From positions 1,560,001 to 1,592,000 of the forward strand of contig NC_022359.1 of the NCBI RefSeq assembly GCF_000354175.2: a stretch of DNA of 32,000 nt, in the 5' to 3' direction. Position numbers and translations under genes: made by a program. Source of the stretch: Vibrio alginolyticus NBRC 15630 = ATCC 17749 (lineage in GTDB: Bacteria > Pseudomonadota > Gammaproteobacteria > Enterobacterales > Vibrionaceae). Shown here in pieces: positions 1 to 10,115 of the stretch; the first letter of the stretch is position 1; every line of letters starts with the position of its first letter. Below the pieces are notes generated by a model that ran no database searches, had not been told where the DNA came from, and was given only the letters and a program-made list of their open reading frames with translations.

Positions 1-494
1 AATTCACCTAAGCCGAGAGACATGTTTGTTAGGATGACACCTACAACAAACAGCCAGAAGCTCAAGTTATTCAGATACGGGAAAGCTACGTCACGCGCAC
101 CAATCTGCAATGGCACGATGATGTTCATCAGACCAATGACCAATGGCATCGCTACAAAAAAGATCATGATCACGCCGTGGGCAGTAAAAATTTGATCGTA
201 GTGATGCGGTGGCAAGTAACCTGCTTCACCCGCAGAAGAAAGGAGTTGCTGACTACGCATCATGACTGCGTCAGCAAAACCACGAACAAGCATCACCATC
301 GCTACTGCGATGTACATGAAGCCAAGTTTTTTATGGTCTACTGAAGTAAACCATTCATTCCACAAATATTGCCACTTTCCGGCTTTGGTCACCGCGTAAA
401 CTACGGCTAAACCAACCAGCGCCACAACCGCTAGGGTGATGACGATAATAGGTTCGTGGAATGGAACTGAATCAAGAGTTAATCTTCCAAACAT
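1..494 (-). CDS. cyoB: cytochrome bo3 ubiquinol oxidase subunit I, N-terminal part (gene runs off the window start)
   Basis: Not in the ORF track because it is cut by the window edge. My translation of the minus strand from the ATG at 494-492 gives [20 protein letters not shown]...[31 protein letters not shown]...[23 protein letters not shown]...[21 protein letters not shown] recognise this as the conserved N-terminus of heme-copper oxidase subunit I (E. coli CyoB-like). It starts 5 nt after the cyoA stop codon. Confidence 0.9.
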   Translation of the reverse strand, partial: MFGRLTLDSVPFHEPIIVITLAVVALVGLAVVYAVTKAGKWQYLWNEWFTSVDHKKLGFMYIAVAMVMLVRGFADAVMMRSQQLLSSAGEAGYLPPHHYDQIFTAHGVIMIFFVAMPLVIGLMNIIVPLQIGARDVAFPYLNNLSFWLFVVGVILTNMSLGLGE

Positions 495-499
495 TACGA

Positions 500-1381
500 T
501 TATCCTTGGTTTTCAGGCAAACAGTTCATTGAACCAGGATGCTGAGTCACAACGTCGGTGAACAAGAACGGAGGAACGCTAGAGAACAAAGTGACTGGCT
601 CTGCGATACTTGGCGCTGCCAGTGAGCTGTATTGCTCCCAATCTTCAATACGATCAGGGCTCGCCTTCACTTTCTGCACCCAATTTAGGAACGCAGCACG
701 ATCAGACATTGCTGAAGCTGTGAACTTCATTTGCGAAAAGCCTTCGCCGCTGTAGTTCGATGCAAAACCCTTATAGTCACCTTCGTGGTTCGCTATGAGG
801 TTGAGCTTGGTTACCATTCCTGGCATCGCGTAGATCTGTGTACCTAAGCGAGGGATGAAAAACGCGTTCATGATGTTGTCCGAAGTCAGTTTGAACTGCA
901 CTGGCACGTCTTTCGGGAACGCCACATAGTTCACCGTCGCAATGTTTTCCTCTGGATAGATGAACAACCATTTCCAATCGAGTGACACCACTTCGATGGT
1001 CATTGGTTTAACATCACTTTCCAAAGGTTTGGATGGCTCTAGTTCATGAGTCGAACGCCATGTGATCGTCGCAAGAATCGCAATGATGATGATTGGAATT
1101 GTCCATACCACCACTTCGATTTTGGTCGAGTGTGACCACTCGGGTGCGTACTCTTCTTCAGTATTAGAGGCGCGGTATCGGTAAGCGAAGTAAATCGTCA
1201 TTAAAATCACAGGGATTACAACGATCAACATCAGCAAAAGAGCAGTAATAATTAACTCTTTTTCTTGCACACCAATGGCACCTTTGGGGTCAAGTAAAGC
1301 TGAATTACATCCTGAGAGCATAAGTATGACGGACGCCAAACTTCCCCTCGACAAGATGCGTTTATATCTTGAGGCTTCCAT
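500..1381 (-). CDS. cyoA: cytochrome bo3 ubiquinol oxidase subunit II (lipoprotein)
   Basis: ORF 500..1426. The lipobox LSGC followed by NSALLDPKG is 25 residues from the ATG at 1381, the same spacing as in E. coli CyoA. Conserved blocks [10 protein letters not shown] and [16 protein letters not shown] are present. The track start at 1426 is a TTG, so the ATG at 1381 is preferred. Confidence 0.9.
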   Translation of the reverse strand: MEASRYKRILSRGSLASVILMLSGCNSALLDPKGAIGVQEKELIITALLLMLIVVIPVILMTIYFAYRYRASNTEEEYAPEWSHSTKIEVVVWTIPIIIIAILATITWRSTHELEPSKPLESDVKPMTIEVVSLDWKWLFIYPEENIATVNYVAFPKDVPVQFKLTSDNIMNAFFIPRLGTQIYAMPGMVTKLNLIANHEGDYKGFASNYSGEGFSQMKFTASAMSDRAAFLNWVQKVKASPDRIEDWEQYSSLAAPSIAEPVTLFSSVPPFLFTDVVTQHPGSMNCLPENQG

Positions 1382-1789
1382 TAACTTTCTCGATGGTTGT
1401 CTGGTTTCAAAACAGATGCCAATCAAAGTAAATAAGAGCTCACAAATTGCGCAGAGGTAATGTATGAGAACAAGAAGAAACTTCGATAAGTAGTTATTCT
1501 ACTTACAATTTTTCAACTTCGTCATCAAGCATTTAACCAGCTAGAATGAACCGTTATTTGCTACGATACGATTGGTATCAAGCCAAGAACCAGTTGTTAT
1601 AGTCATTAGAATGTTTATGTGTTGAGCATGAGTAACGTCGGGTTCAGAGCGAAACAAAACGGAATTGAGTGGAGATCAAAACCACACTCTTAGTGTGAGT
1701 TTATTGTTACACTTTGAAACACTATGTTACATTTGGCGCATTATGAGGAGTAAAAAGTTAAAGCTCATTAGCCACAACTGGAAACTAAC

Positions 1790-1805
1790 CTTCCATTAAT
1801 GGAAG
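1790..1805. repeat. perfect 16-bp palindrome CTTCCATTAATGGAAG in the cyo upstream spacer; function unknown
   Basis: Read directly from the sequence; it equals its own reverse complement. It lies in a non-coding AT-rich region about 400 bp upstream of cyoA on the minus strand. Confidence 0.6.
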
Positions 1806-2179
1806 TTACACACTTTAAATAGAATATTAACCTCAACACGAATTTCTCGTGCTTCAACAATTAATTATTTAAAAACAAATAGTTGAAACTTAAAATTGAT
1901 GAGACTGACTATCAACTTCATTTACGCAGATAGCCTTAATGAGAAGCGGAAACTAAAAAACCAAAAGTGTGATCAACATCAAATTAATGATTTCACTTAA
2001 TATTTGAGTGGTATTTACATCTCTTTATTGGATTGTGAGAAATCATTCTCAAGGTAAATCCAAACATAAGTTGTAAATACATTTGGGTTGCGCAGAATTG
2101 GCACTCCACAACATAGAAAATGCTGAAATGGAAAGAAACTTATTATTCAGGTCTATCAGAGCCTTATTTCAGTAGTCAC

Positions 2180-2938
2180 TTACATACGAATACCGCCATC
2201 CACTTCTAAAACCCTGCCAGTAAAGTAATCACTCTCAATAATGTATTTTACTGCATGCGCGATTTCGCTTGTTTCGCCCATCCTGCCAACTGGGATCATC
2301 TTTTCTAATCGCTCTATGGCTTCGGGTTTCATTTGCTCTGCCATCGCGGTGTGTACTACACCTGGTGCAACCGCCGCCGCGCGAATACCGTATCTTGCGA
2401 GCTCACGGGCCCATGTTGTCGCCATGGTCGCGACCGCCGCTTTTGACGCAGAATAATTGGTTTGTCCGATATTCCCTGCTCTCGCAACACTAGAAATATT
2501 GATGATAACGCCTTGGGAGCCACTCTCAATCATCTTGACGGCAGCTTCACGCCCACACAAAAATGTTCCTGTCACGTTAACGTTCATGACCAAATTGAAT
2601 TGATCTAAAGACATCTTACTGATCACGCCATCTTTTGCTTTTACAAGTAACCCATCTCTTAACACGCCAGCGTTATTGACTAACCCATTGAGTTGACCAA
2701 AATCTTGGATAATCGCTTCAAACGTGGTTTCAACATCGATTTCGTTGGTGACATCCACTTGATATGTCAACGCTTTCGCACTCAGCATTCGACACTGCTC
2801 TTGTGTTTCCATTAAGCCACTGGCGTTTACATCCAATAACGCTAAATCAGCGCCAGCTTGAGCAAGGGTAATGGCCATCATTTGCCCAAGCCCCTGCCCT
2901 GCTCCTGTAATGGCAATAACACTACTTTTTATGTCCAT
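2180..2938 (-). CDS. short-chain dehydrogenase/reductase, probably the 3-hydroxy(2-methyl)acyl-CoA dehydrogenase of the Ile/Val degradation operon (IvdG-like)
   Basis: ORF 2180..3007. Rossmann motif TGAGQGLG, NNAG, and the catalytic YSASK (YxxxK). The ATG at 2938 (MDIKSSVIAITGAG) is preceded by GGAG 9 nt upstream. The N-terminal extension in the track is unlikely to be real. The specific substrate is inferred from operon context only. Confidence 0.8.
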   Translation of the reverse strand: MDIKSSVIAITGAGQGLGQMMAITLAQAGADLALLDVNASGLMETQEQCRMLSAKALTYQVDVTNEIDVETTFEAIIQDFGQLNGLVNNAGVLRDGLLVKAKDGVISKMSLDQFNLVMNVNVTGTFLCGREAAVKMIESGSQGVIINISSVARAGNIGQTNYSASKAAVATMATTWARELARYGIRAAAVAPGVVHTAMAEQMKPEAIERLEKMIPVGRMGETSEIAHAVKYIIESDYFTGRVLEVDGGIRM

Positions 2939-3048
2939 ATTGGTGCACTCCATAGCTCGTAATGTTCTATACCTCAACCAGTCTAAGTTGGCCGAAATGA
3001 TGCGCATTTTACGTCACCATCTCGGGCTGGTTTGTCACAAAACTCGGT

Positions 3049-3954
3049 CTAGCCTTTCTTACTCTTGTATAACTCAAATAAGCTTGAGAAATCGAGCTCG
3101 CCGTGGCCGCTCGCGTTGTGGAAAGAATATAAGTTGCGCGCTAACGACCCCATCGGAACCGAAGAATGTGTTTGTAACGCCGCATCTAACCCCAAGCCGA
3201 GATCTTTTAGCATGAGTTTGCTCATAAAGCCCGGTTGGTAATCGTGACTGGCTGGCGCACTGTCCATCACGCCTGGGCAAGGATTGTAAAGCTCCAATGC
3301 CCAATTTCGGCCAGAGCTTTGCAGCATGATGTTTGATAGCACTTTTGGATCGAGTCCATGATCGATACCTAGGTTTAATGCCTCGCACGTACCAGACATT
3401 AAAATGCCGAGCATAAGGTTGTTACAGATTTTTGCCATTTGACCATCGCCTGCTTTGCCAGCATGGAAAACATTTTTTCCCATATACTGCAAAATCGCAT
3501 TGGCTTTAGAAAACGCTTGATCCGAACCACCAACAATAAAGGTTAATGTCGCCGCTTTAGCGCCAGCAACGCCCCCCGAAACGGGCGCGTCGACAAACAA
3601 CACGCGTTTATTTGCCGCTTCATTGGCGACTAATCGCGCAGAGTCCGGATCAATGGTTGAACAATCAATCATCAAGGTACTTGGCGAGACAAGATTGAGG
3701 ACACCTACGCCACCGTGTAAGTCACCAAGATACACGGAACGAACGTGAGACCCTGCTGGTAGCATCGTGATGACTGTGCTAGCACCATCTACTACCTCTT
3801 CGATAGAGCTCGCCACCACCGCACCAAAAGGTACTAGTTGCTTTGCGGCTTCGCTATCGACATCGAATACTTGCACGTTAAATCCAGACGCGAGTAAGTT
3901 TTGCGCCATAGGATGCCCCATCCTTCCTAAACCGATAAATGCGATGGTACTCAT
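3049..3954 (-). CDS. mmsB: 3-hydroxyisobutyrate dehydrogenase
   Basis: ORF 3049..3960. The N-terminal NAD fold IAFIGLGRMGHPMAQNL and the length fit the HIBADH family. The ATG at 3954 has an AAGGAGA Shine-Dalgarno about 7 nt upstream. The gene sits in the valine catabolic operon next to mmsA. Confidence 0.85.
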   Translation of the reverse strand: MSTIAFIGLGRMGHPMAQNLLASGFNVQVFDVDSEAAKQLVPFGAVVASSIEEVVDGASTVITMLPAGSHVRSVYLGDLHGGVGVLNLVSPSTLMIDCSTIDPDSARLVANEAANKRVLFVDAPVSGGVAGAKAATLTFIVGGSDQAFSKANAILQYMGKNVFHAGKAGDGQMAKICNNLMLGILMSGTCEALNLGIDHGLDPKVLSNIMLQSSGRNWALELYNPCPGVMDSAPASHDYQPGFMSKLMLKDLGLGLDAALQTHSSVPMGSLARNLYSFHNASGHGELDFSSLFELYKSKKG

Positions 3955-3965
3955 GATCATTCTCC

Positions 3966-5105
3966 TTATTGACCTAGTGTTTGTTCACCCAAATTAGCAA
4001 GCGGATGCTCGTTATCTGACCAAAGCGAGGTAAACAAAGTATCGATAACATCTTCATCGACTTCACTGACACTGTTAAATATCCAGCTCGGCTCGCCATC
4101 CCGGTCAATGAGCCGAGAACGGACGCCCTCTTTAAACTCACCTAATAAGGCACTGCGAACCGACAAACTCAACTCTAAACGGAAGCAATCTGCAAGCGGT
4201 AAGCTGTGGTACTCTTTCACTTGTCTAAAGCAAATATGCGCGGTGATCGGACTGCCCGATGCGAACGTTTGTTTCGCGTTTTCTATCCACTGACTGTTCC
4301 CGTCGATAGCCATGATTCGCTGTGCTATCGCATTAAGATCAAAGCCTTTGCACGCTTCCTCTATCTGATCTAAGTATGGACAAATTTGCGTGGTTGGTTT
4401 GCTATCAATAACCTGTTCTTCCATTAATTGTAGTAGCGCAGTTACCAACTCTTTCGCATCTTCTTTGCCCCACTGGAGCCGCTTTAGCTCATCCAGTAAG
4501 GTGGGATACTGCTCTTCCAACAGTAACCAATCGGCCAAACCAATAGTGACAGCGTCACTTGAATTTACCATTGAACCTGTCAATCCGAGGAATAAGCCCA
4601 CTTGCGGATCTATCTGGCTTAAAAACCACGTACCTCCCACATCAGGATACAGTCCGATATTGATTTCTGGCATAGCAAGGCGTGATGTTGTTGTCACAAC
4701 TTTATGGCTGGTTCCCATAAAAAGCCCCATCCCACCGCCCATGACAATACCTTCTCCCCAACCGATAATGGGTTTGTTGTAAGTGTGGATGAGATAGTCA
4801 CACTCATACTCCAACGAGAAATAGTTCGTACAGAACTCTACGATTTTTTCTTTACTCTCGTTATGCATGACGTGATACATAGCTCGAACATCACCACCAG
4901 CACAGAATGCTTTTTCTCCAGCGCCAGTCAGTACCACACAAGCCATATGTGGATCATCTTGCCACTTGATAAGCTGATCGTTGAGTTGGACCAACATGTC
5001 ATACGTCAATGCATTCAATGAAGCGGTGTTTTCTAACGTTGCGATACCAATGCGGTGCACGCCATCTAAGCACTCTATTTCACTAATGGTTACCATCCCT
5101 GCCAT
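3966..5105 (-). CDS. 3-hydroxyisobutyryl-CoA hydrolase (ECH_2-type crotonase-fold)
   Basis: ORF 3966..5129. About 380 aa of extended crotonase fold with GAGEKAFCAGGDVRAMY and GIVMGGGMGL. The ATG at 5105 is preceded by AGGAGG. Starting there removes the 16-nt overlap with the upstream gene. Confidence 0.8.
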   Translation of the reverse strand: MAGMVTISEIECLDGVHRIGIATLENTASLNALTYDMLVQLNDQLIKWQDDPHMACVVLTGAGEKAFCAGGDVRAMYHVMHNESKEKIVEFCTNYFSLEYECDYLIHTYNKPIIGWGEGIVMGGGMGLFMGTSHKVVTTTSRLAMPEINIGLYPDVGGTWFLSQIDPQVGLFLGLTGSMVNSSDAVTIGLADWLLLEEQYPTLLDELKRLQWGKEDAKELVTALLQLMEEQVIDSKPTTQICPYLDQIEEACKGFDLNAIAQRIMAIDGNSQWIENAKQTFASGSPITAHICFRQVKEYHSLPLADCFRLELSLSVRSALLGEFKEGVRSRLIDRDGEPSWIFNSVSEVDEDVIDTLFTSLWSDNEHPLANLGEQTLGQ

Positions 5106-5113
5106 GTGGCCTC

Positions 5114-5899
5114 CTATCGGTTTTTCCATTGCGGTGGGCGTTTTTCTAAAAAGGCGCGAACACCCTCAACTTGATCTTCCGTATCAAAAAGATTCAGAAA
5201 TAACTCTCGCTCTTTCATTAAGCCGTGCTTAAGTGGCGCAGAGCGCATATTTTGAATGAGCGCCTTACATGCGGCGACAGAAGATGGTGACTGGTTCGCA
5301 ACAGATTCAGCAAGCTCCAGCGCTTTACTTAAAGCTTCGCCTTTGGGAACCAACTCCTCAACTAGGCCTAGTTCTTTTGCTTTGTCAGCGCTGACTTGCT
5401 CTCCACATAAAATGATGCGCTTTGCCCAGCCTTCCCCCACTAACGCTGTGAGGTTTTGGGTACCACCAGCACAGGGCAAAAGTCCGACTTTGGCTTCTGG
5501 TAAAGCAAGTACCGCTTGCTCTTCAACGACTCGAATATCACAAGCTAATGCCACTTCTAACCCTCCGCCCATGGCGTAACCATTAATGGCGGCAATGGAA
5601 ACACCACGAAATTCCGAGAGCGTTTCAAAGGCTTCACCAAAGCATCGCGCCATGTCTGACGCAACCGCTTTGTCACCGTCAGAAAACAACTTGAGATCCG
5701 CACCAGCAGAGAAAAACTTTTCTCCACTGCCAGTTAAAACCAGTGAATAAACCTGGTTATCATCGTTAAGTGTGAGTATCAGCGATTTCAGTGCCTTGAG
5801 ACTCTCTGCTGTCCACGTATTGGCTGGCGGGTTGTTCATCGTCACCAGCGCAACGTGATTAGCGATCGTATGTTGAATGGCAGTTTGGGTTAATGGCAT
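5114..5899 (-). CDS. enoyl-CoA hydratase (crotonase family)
   Basis: ORF 5114..5917. Motifs GSGEKFFSAGADL, GYAMGGGLEVALACD and EGVRAFLEKRPP. The ATG at 5899 has AAAGGA 7 nt upstream. The track start at 5917 is a TTG. Confidence 0.85.
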   Translation of the reverse strand: MPLTQTAIQHTIANHVALVTMNNPPANTWTAESLKALKSLILTLNDDNQVYSLVLTGSGEKFFSAGADLKLFSDGDKAVASDMARCFGEAFETLSEFRGVSIAAINGYAMGGGLEVALACDIRVVEEQAVLALPEAKVGLLPCAGGTQNLTALVGEGWAKRIILCGEQVSADKAKELGLVEELVPKGEALSKALELAESVANQSPSSVAACKALIQNMRSAPLKHGLMKERELFLNLFDTEDQVEGVRAFLEKRPPQWKNR

Positions 5900-5937
5900 A
5901 TCTGAATCCTTTCTCAATGAGCAAATCCAATACTTCG

Positions 5938-7092
5938 CTACAGCAAGGCCGATTCCTCAGAGAGCAAACGGCGCGCGATGATCAAGCGCATGATTTCGTT
6001 CGTTCCCTCCAGAATTTGATGCACACGCACATCTCTGAAATGACGCTCCATTGGATACTCTTTGATGTAACCATAGCCGCCATAAAGCTGCAGCGCTTGG
6101 TCGCAAACCTGAAAGCCCACATCAGTTGCGAACCGTTTTGCCATCGCGCAATAAGCCGTGGCATCCGGGTCATTTCGGTCGAGTTTACTGGCGGCATAGC
6201 GCACTAACTGCCGCGCAGCCACTAGCTCTGTTGCCATGTCTGCCAATTTGAATTGTAAGGCTTGAAACTGCGCAAGCGACTTGCCGAACTGCTTACGTTC
6301 TTGAATGTACCGTGCCGCCCGTTCAAGGGCCTGTTGAGCCGTACCGACGGAACAGGTCGCAATATTTATACGCCCTCCATCAAGCCCTTTCATCGCAAAG
6401 ACAAAACCTTGCCCTTCTTCGCCCAGTAAATGGCTAGCTGGAATAACGACATTTTCAAAAGTAACCGCTCGTGTTGGTTGGCTGTTCCAACCCATTTTGG
6501 GTTCTTTGCGCCCATAGCTGATACCATCAGCGTGAGCAGGAATAACAAATGCGGACACGCCTTTGGCACCCGCTTCTCCGGTTCGCGCCATCACGACCAA
6601 AACATCTGTCTCTCCTGCGCCAGAGATAAAGGTTTTGCCACCATTCAACACGTAAGTATCACCTTTTTTGCTCGCGGTTGTGGCCAACGAAGCGGCATCC
6701 GATCCCGCATTAGGCTCGGTTAAGCAATAGGAGCCTAACCACTCCCCCGTAACTAATTTCGGACAGAACTGCGTTTTGGCTTCATCGGTAGCAAAACTGG
6801 CTATCATCCAACTGACCATGTTGTGAATCGTCATAAACGCCGTAGTGGACGTACATCCCATGGCCAGTTGTTCAAAGATAATTGAAGCATCCAAGCGACT
6901 CAGCCCTAGGCCACCTTGCGCTTCTGGAGTGTAGAGACTGAGAAACCCCAGTTCCCCCGCCTCTCTCAATACGTCTTTGGGGAAGATCTGCTTTTCATCC
7001 CACTCCGCCGCCATCGGTGCTAAACACTCATCGGCAAATTGCTGAGCGGTATCAGCAAATGCACGTTGATCTTCATTAAGTTCAAAGTCCAT
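5938..7092 (-). CDS. acyl-CoA dehydrogenase (isobutyryl/2-methylbutyryl-CoA dehydrogenase by context)
   Basis: ORF of 384 aa. ACAD motifs CLTEPNAGSDAAS and a C-terminal QILEGTNEIMR. An AAGGAG Shine-Dalgarno precedes the ATG at 7092. Confidence 0.88.
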   Translation of the reverse strand: MDFELNEDQRAFADTAQQFADECLAPMAAEWDEKQIFPKDVLREAGELGFLSLYTPEAQGGLGLSRLDASIIFEQLAMGCTSTTAFMTIHNMVSWMIASFATDEAKTQFCPKLVTGEWLGSYCLTEPNAGSDAASLATTASKKGDTYVLNGGKTFISGAGETDVLVVMARTGEAGAKGVSAFVIPAHADGISYGRKEPKMGWNSQPTRAVTFENVVIPASHLLGEEGQGFVFAMKGLDGGRINIATCSVGTAQQALERAARYIQERKQFGKSLAQFQALQFKLADMATELVAARQLVRYAASKLDRNDPDATAYCAMAKRFATDVGFQVCDQALQLYGGYGYIKEYPMERHFRDVRVHQILEGTNEIMRLIIARRLLSEESALL

Positions 7093-7111
7093 AAAAGCTC
7101 CTTTTATTCAC

Positions 7112-8608
7112 TCAGCGCAGTTGGATGGTCAGATTGGGCCCCGTCGGAATATCGTCATCAAACCAACGTGCCGTCACCGTTTTAGTCTCGGTATAAAAAC
7201 GTACCGCTTGTTTACCATACGCATGTAAATCACCATAGAAACTGCCTCTCCAACCAGTAAAGGAGAAAAATGGTAAAGGGACTGGAATTGGCACATTAAT
7301 CCCAACTTGACCGACTTGAATGTCATGCTGATATTTTCTCGCAGCAGCGCCATTAGCGGTAAATATAGAAGTTCCGTTGCCGTAAGGGTTGCGATTCACT
7401 AACTCAATGGCCTCTTGCAACGTTTCGACTTCCATACAAACTAAAACAGGGCCAAATATCTCTTGCGTGTAAATCGACATGTTCGCTGTTACACCGCTAA
7501 ACAAGGTTGGGCCAATCCAGTTTCCATCGGGAAAGCCGTCCACTTCACACTGACTGCCATCGAGTTCACACACTGCGCCTTGTTGTTTGCCATCTTCGAT
7601 TAGGTCCAATACGCGTTGCTTGGCTTGCTCACTGATCAGTGGGCCATAAGCAGCCTGTTCATCATCCCAAGGCCCTGGGTGTACTTTCGCCATCGCCAGT
7701 TTCAGGTCTGCAATCCATTGTTTTGAATCGCCGACAAATACCGCAACAGAAATTGCCATACAACGCTGCCCCGCAGCCCCTACGGAGGCTCCGATTAGGT
7801 TATTCACCACTTGATCTTTGTTTGCATCAGGCATGATCACCATGTGATTCTTTGCACCAGCAAAAGCTTGAACCCGTTTAAAATGTTTAGTCCCTGTAGT
7901 GTAGATATAACGGGCAACGGGAACCGAGCCAACAAATGACACCGCTCGAATATCAGGATGAGCCAGAAGAAAGTCGACTTGCTCTTTGCGGCCATGAACG
8001 ACCTGCAACACTCCTTTCGGCGCGCCAGCTTGCTCAAATAGTTCAGCTAAACGAATAGAGGTCAATGGCACTTGTTCGGAGGGTTTGAGCACAAACGTAT
8101 TGCCCGCAGCGATAGCGATTGGGAACATCCACAACGGAATCATGGCTGGAAAGTTAAACGGCGTAATGCCGCAACACACACCTAGGGGCTGAATCATTGA
8201 GTAACTATCAATATCCGTGGCAACGTTTTCGACGGTTTCTCCCATAATATTGCTGGCAATGTTTGCAGCCTGCTCAACCACCTCGATACCACGCCACACA
8301 TCGCCTTTGGCATCCGCTAAAATCTTACCCGTTTCATGAGAAAGCAGTGTGGCAAGCTCATCATGATGCTCTTTGAGCAAGTGCTGATAACGCAGCATAA
8401 CTCGGGCACGCTCGGGTATCGCCACTTCTTTCCAAGATTGGAATGTCTCTTTCGCATTATCAATGGCGGCTTCCATCTCGTGCTCTGTGGAACATGGAAC
8501 GTACGCAATGACATCATTAGTGGCAGGATTGGTTACCTCAACCCAATCCGATGTTTGAGATTCACGAAACTCGCCACCAATAAACAAGGGAACCAAACGA
8601 GTCATCAT
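7112..8608 (-). CDS. mmsA: methylmalonate-semialdehyde dehydrogenase (CoA-acylating)
   Basis: ORF of 498 aa. Aldehyde dehydrogenase fold with the catalytic Cys block GQRCMA and the typical MmsA N-terminus PLFIGGEF. The start could be either of the two adjacent ATGs at 8608 and 8605. Confidence 0.9.
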   Translation of the reverse strand: MMTRLVPLFIGGEFRESQTSDWVEVTNPATNDVIAYVPCSTEHEMEAAIDNAKETFQSWKEVAIPERARVMLRYQHLLKEHHDELATLLSHETGKILADAKGDVWRGIEVVEQAANIASNIMGETVENVATDIDSYSMIQPLGVCCGITPFNFPAMIPLWMFPIAIAAGNTFVLKPSEQVPLTSIRLAELFEQAGAPKGVLQVVHGRKEQVDFLLAHPDIRAVSFVGSVPVARYIYTTGTKHFKRVQAFAGAKNHMVIMPDANKDQVVNNLIGASVGAAGQRCMAISVAVFVGDSKQWIADLKLAMAKVHPGPWDDEQAAYGPLISEQAKQRVLDLIEDGKQQGAVCELDGSQCEVDGFPDGNWIGPTLFSGVTANMSIYTQEIFGPVLVCMEVETLQEAIELVNRNPYGNGTSIFTANGAAARKYQHDIQVGQVGINVPIPVPLPFFSFTGWRGSFYGDLHAYGKQAVRFYTETKTVTARWFDDDIPTGPNLTIQLR

Positions 8609-8628
8609 TTACTCCTTTCTGATTTCAA

Positions 8629-9840
8629 TTAAAGCGGTATTTCAATGCCTATCGCCGTGGCTTCTCCACCACCGATACAAAGTGACGCAACACCCCGCAT
8701 CACTTTTTTGGCTTCGAGATCACCATTGGTGCCTAGCGCTTGTAGCTGACGCAAACTGTGAATCAATGTCACCAGAATTCGTGCGCCACTAGCCCCTATC
8801 GGATGCCCAAGTGCACAGGCTCCACCTTTAATATTTACTTTGCTCGTATCAAGCCCAAGTTCCGCCACCGCTATTTGTGTCACGACGGCAAAGGCTTCAT
8901 TGATTTCCCACAGATCCACTTCATAAATTGACCAATCTAGCTGGAACAGCAGTTGCTCAATTGCGTAGACGGGGGCCAAAGTAAATTCTGCAGGTTTTCT
9001 GGCATGTGTAGAGTGCGCCTTGATGATCGCAAGTGGTTTAAGCCCCTGATGACGCGCAGTGTCTTCATCCATAAGCACCAGAGCCGCCGCGCCATCTGAA
9101 ATGGCACTCGAATTAGCAGCGGTCACCGTACCTTTTTCATCGAATGCAGGTTTGAGTTGAGGAATTTTACCAAGGTCAATCGAGCGAGGGTGCTCATCGT
9201 AGTCCAGCACCGCTTGTTCTGACTTGGTATTGAGTGAAACCGGCGAAAGTTCATCGGCAAACAAGCCTCGCTCTTGAGCTTCCAACGCACGTTTTGCCGA
9301 CATCACGGCCCATTCATCCATTTGCTCTCTGGTGAACTTAAGCCTGTCAGCGACTTGCTGAGCATAAACACCCATTAAGTGCCCTTCGTAAGCATCTTGT
9401 AGCCCATCGAGAAACATGTGGTCATACGTAGACTGGTGCCCCATGCGCATTCCCTTTCTCGCCTCCCTCAGCAAATACGGCGCATTGGTCATACTTTCCA
9501 TACCACCAGCAATGGCAGAGCGAATCGTTCCAGCTTTAATGAGATCGTGCGCTAACATGACGCTCTTCATGCCAGAGCCACACACTTTGTTAATGGTGGT
9601 GCACCCTACACCCAAAGGAAGATCTGCCCCCATAGATGCTTGCCTCGCAGGAGCTTGTCCACACCCTGCTGGAAGCACACATCCCATGAACACTTCATCC
9701 ACCGAAGTCACATTCACTTCGTGCATTGCCGCCTTGATCGCCAGTGCGCCTAATTGAGGAGCAGAGTAAGTTTGCAACTTGCCTTGAAAGCGCCCAATTG
9801 GCGTTCTTTTCGCGCTGACAATCCAGATGTCTTTTCCCAT
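8629..9840 (-). CDS. acetyl-CoA C-acyltransferase / 2-methylacetoacetyl-CoA thiolase
   Basis: ORF 8629..9849. Thiolase signatures VCGSGMKS (active-site Cys), NEAFA, GGACALGHPIGASGAR and CIGGGEA. The ATG at 9840 lies 9 nt after AAGGGA, so it is preferred over 9849. Confidence 0.9.
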   Translation of the reverse strand: MGKDIWIVSAKRTPIGRFQGKLQTYSAPQLGALAIKAAMHEVNVTSVDEVFMGCVLPAGCGQAPARQASMGADLPLGVGCTTINKVCGSGMKSVMLAHDLIKAGTIRSAIAGGMESMTNAPYLLREARKGMRMGHQSTYDHMFLDGLQDAYEGHLMGVYAQQVADRLKFTREQMDEWAVMSAKRALEAQERGLFADELSPVSLNTKSEQAVLDYDEHPRSIDLGKIPQLKPAFDEKGTVTAANSSAISDGAAALVLMDEDTARHQGLKPLAIIKAHSTHARKPAEFTLAPVYAIEQLLFQLDWSIYEVDLWEINEAFAVVTQIAVAELGLDTSKVNIKGGACALGHPIGASGARILVTLIHSLRQLQALGTNGDLEAKKVMRGVASLCIGGGEATAIGIEIPL

Positions 9841-9967
9841 GATTCGCATTCCCTTAAGGTATATGTGAACACTTGGCAGACTGATGACACCCTACATAGA
9901 ATTACTCACCAAGCGCCACACCAGCCTTTATCGCCTTTTTCACTAACAAACTTTCATTCCGCGATTT

Positions 9968-9984
9968 CTTGACGTTTACGTAAG
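9968..9984. promoter_or_regulatory. candidate LiuR (MerR-type) operator, imperfect palindrome cTTGACGTttACGTAAg
   Basis: This is the only clear ACGT-containing inverted repeat in the divergent region between the thiolase operon and liuR. It overlaps a possible promoter: TTTACG, a 19-bp spacer, then TACAAT at 10000-10005. The assignment is inference. Confidence 0.35.
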
Positions 9985-10115
9985 CATAGCACTAGCCTTT
10001 ACAATGAGATGAAAAAACACACCAAGCAGACGTTTATATTTCAAAGTTGATGTTCGGCCTTCCCATTTAAGGTTCGATTTCCAGAAACTGGATTTTTATT
10101 CGAGGTAAGTATGTT

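Noticed and set aside
500-1426. N-terminal extensions in the ORF track (cyoA 1426, SDR 3007, hydratase 5917, hydrolase 21234, nitrilase 24618, HMG-CoA lyase 14198)
   Set aside because: The extended starts I checked (1426, 5917, 21234) are TTG codons, and none of the extensions I examined has a Shine-Dalgarno. They overlap upstream genes or add non-conserved residues. Internal ATGs with good ribosome-binding sites and family-typical N-termini are preferred.
1968-1983. CRP-like site TGTGATCAACATCAAA as a feature call
   Set aside because: Only one half-site is consensus. It lies more than 540 bp upstream of cyoA and downstream of the SDR gene, so it is mentioned in a finding but not called.
3007-3016. 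TTTTACGTCA half-site between mmsB and the SDR gene as a second LiuR box
   Set aside because: It is a single half-site with no inverted partner. It sits inside an operon spacer and is likely to be chance.
10071-10082. tRNA T-loop-like string GGTTCGATTTCC upstream of liuR
   Set aside because: The flanking bases cannot form a T-stem (TAAGG versus TCCAG). No acceptor or anticodon arms are evident.
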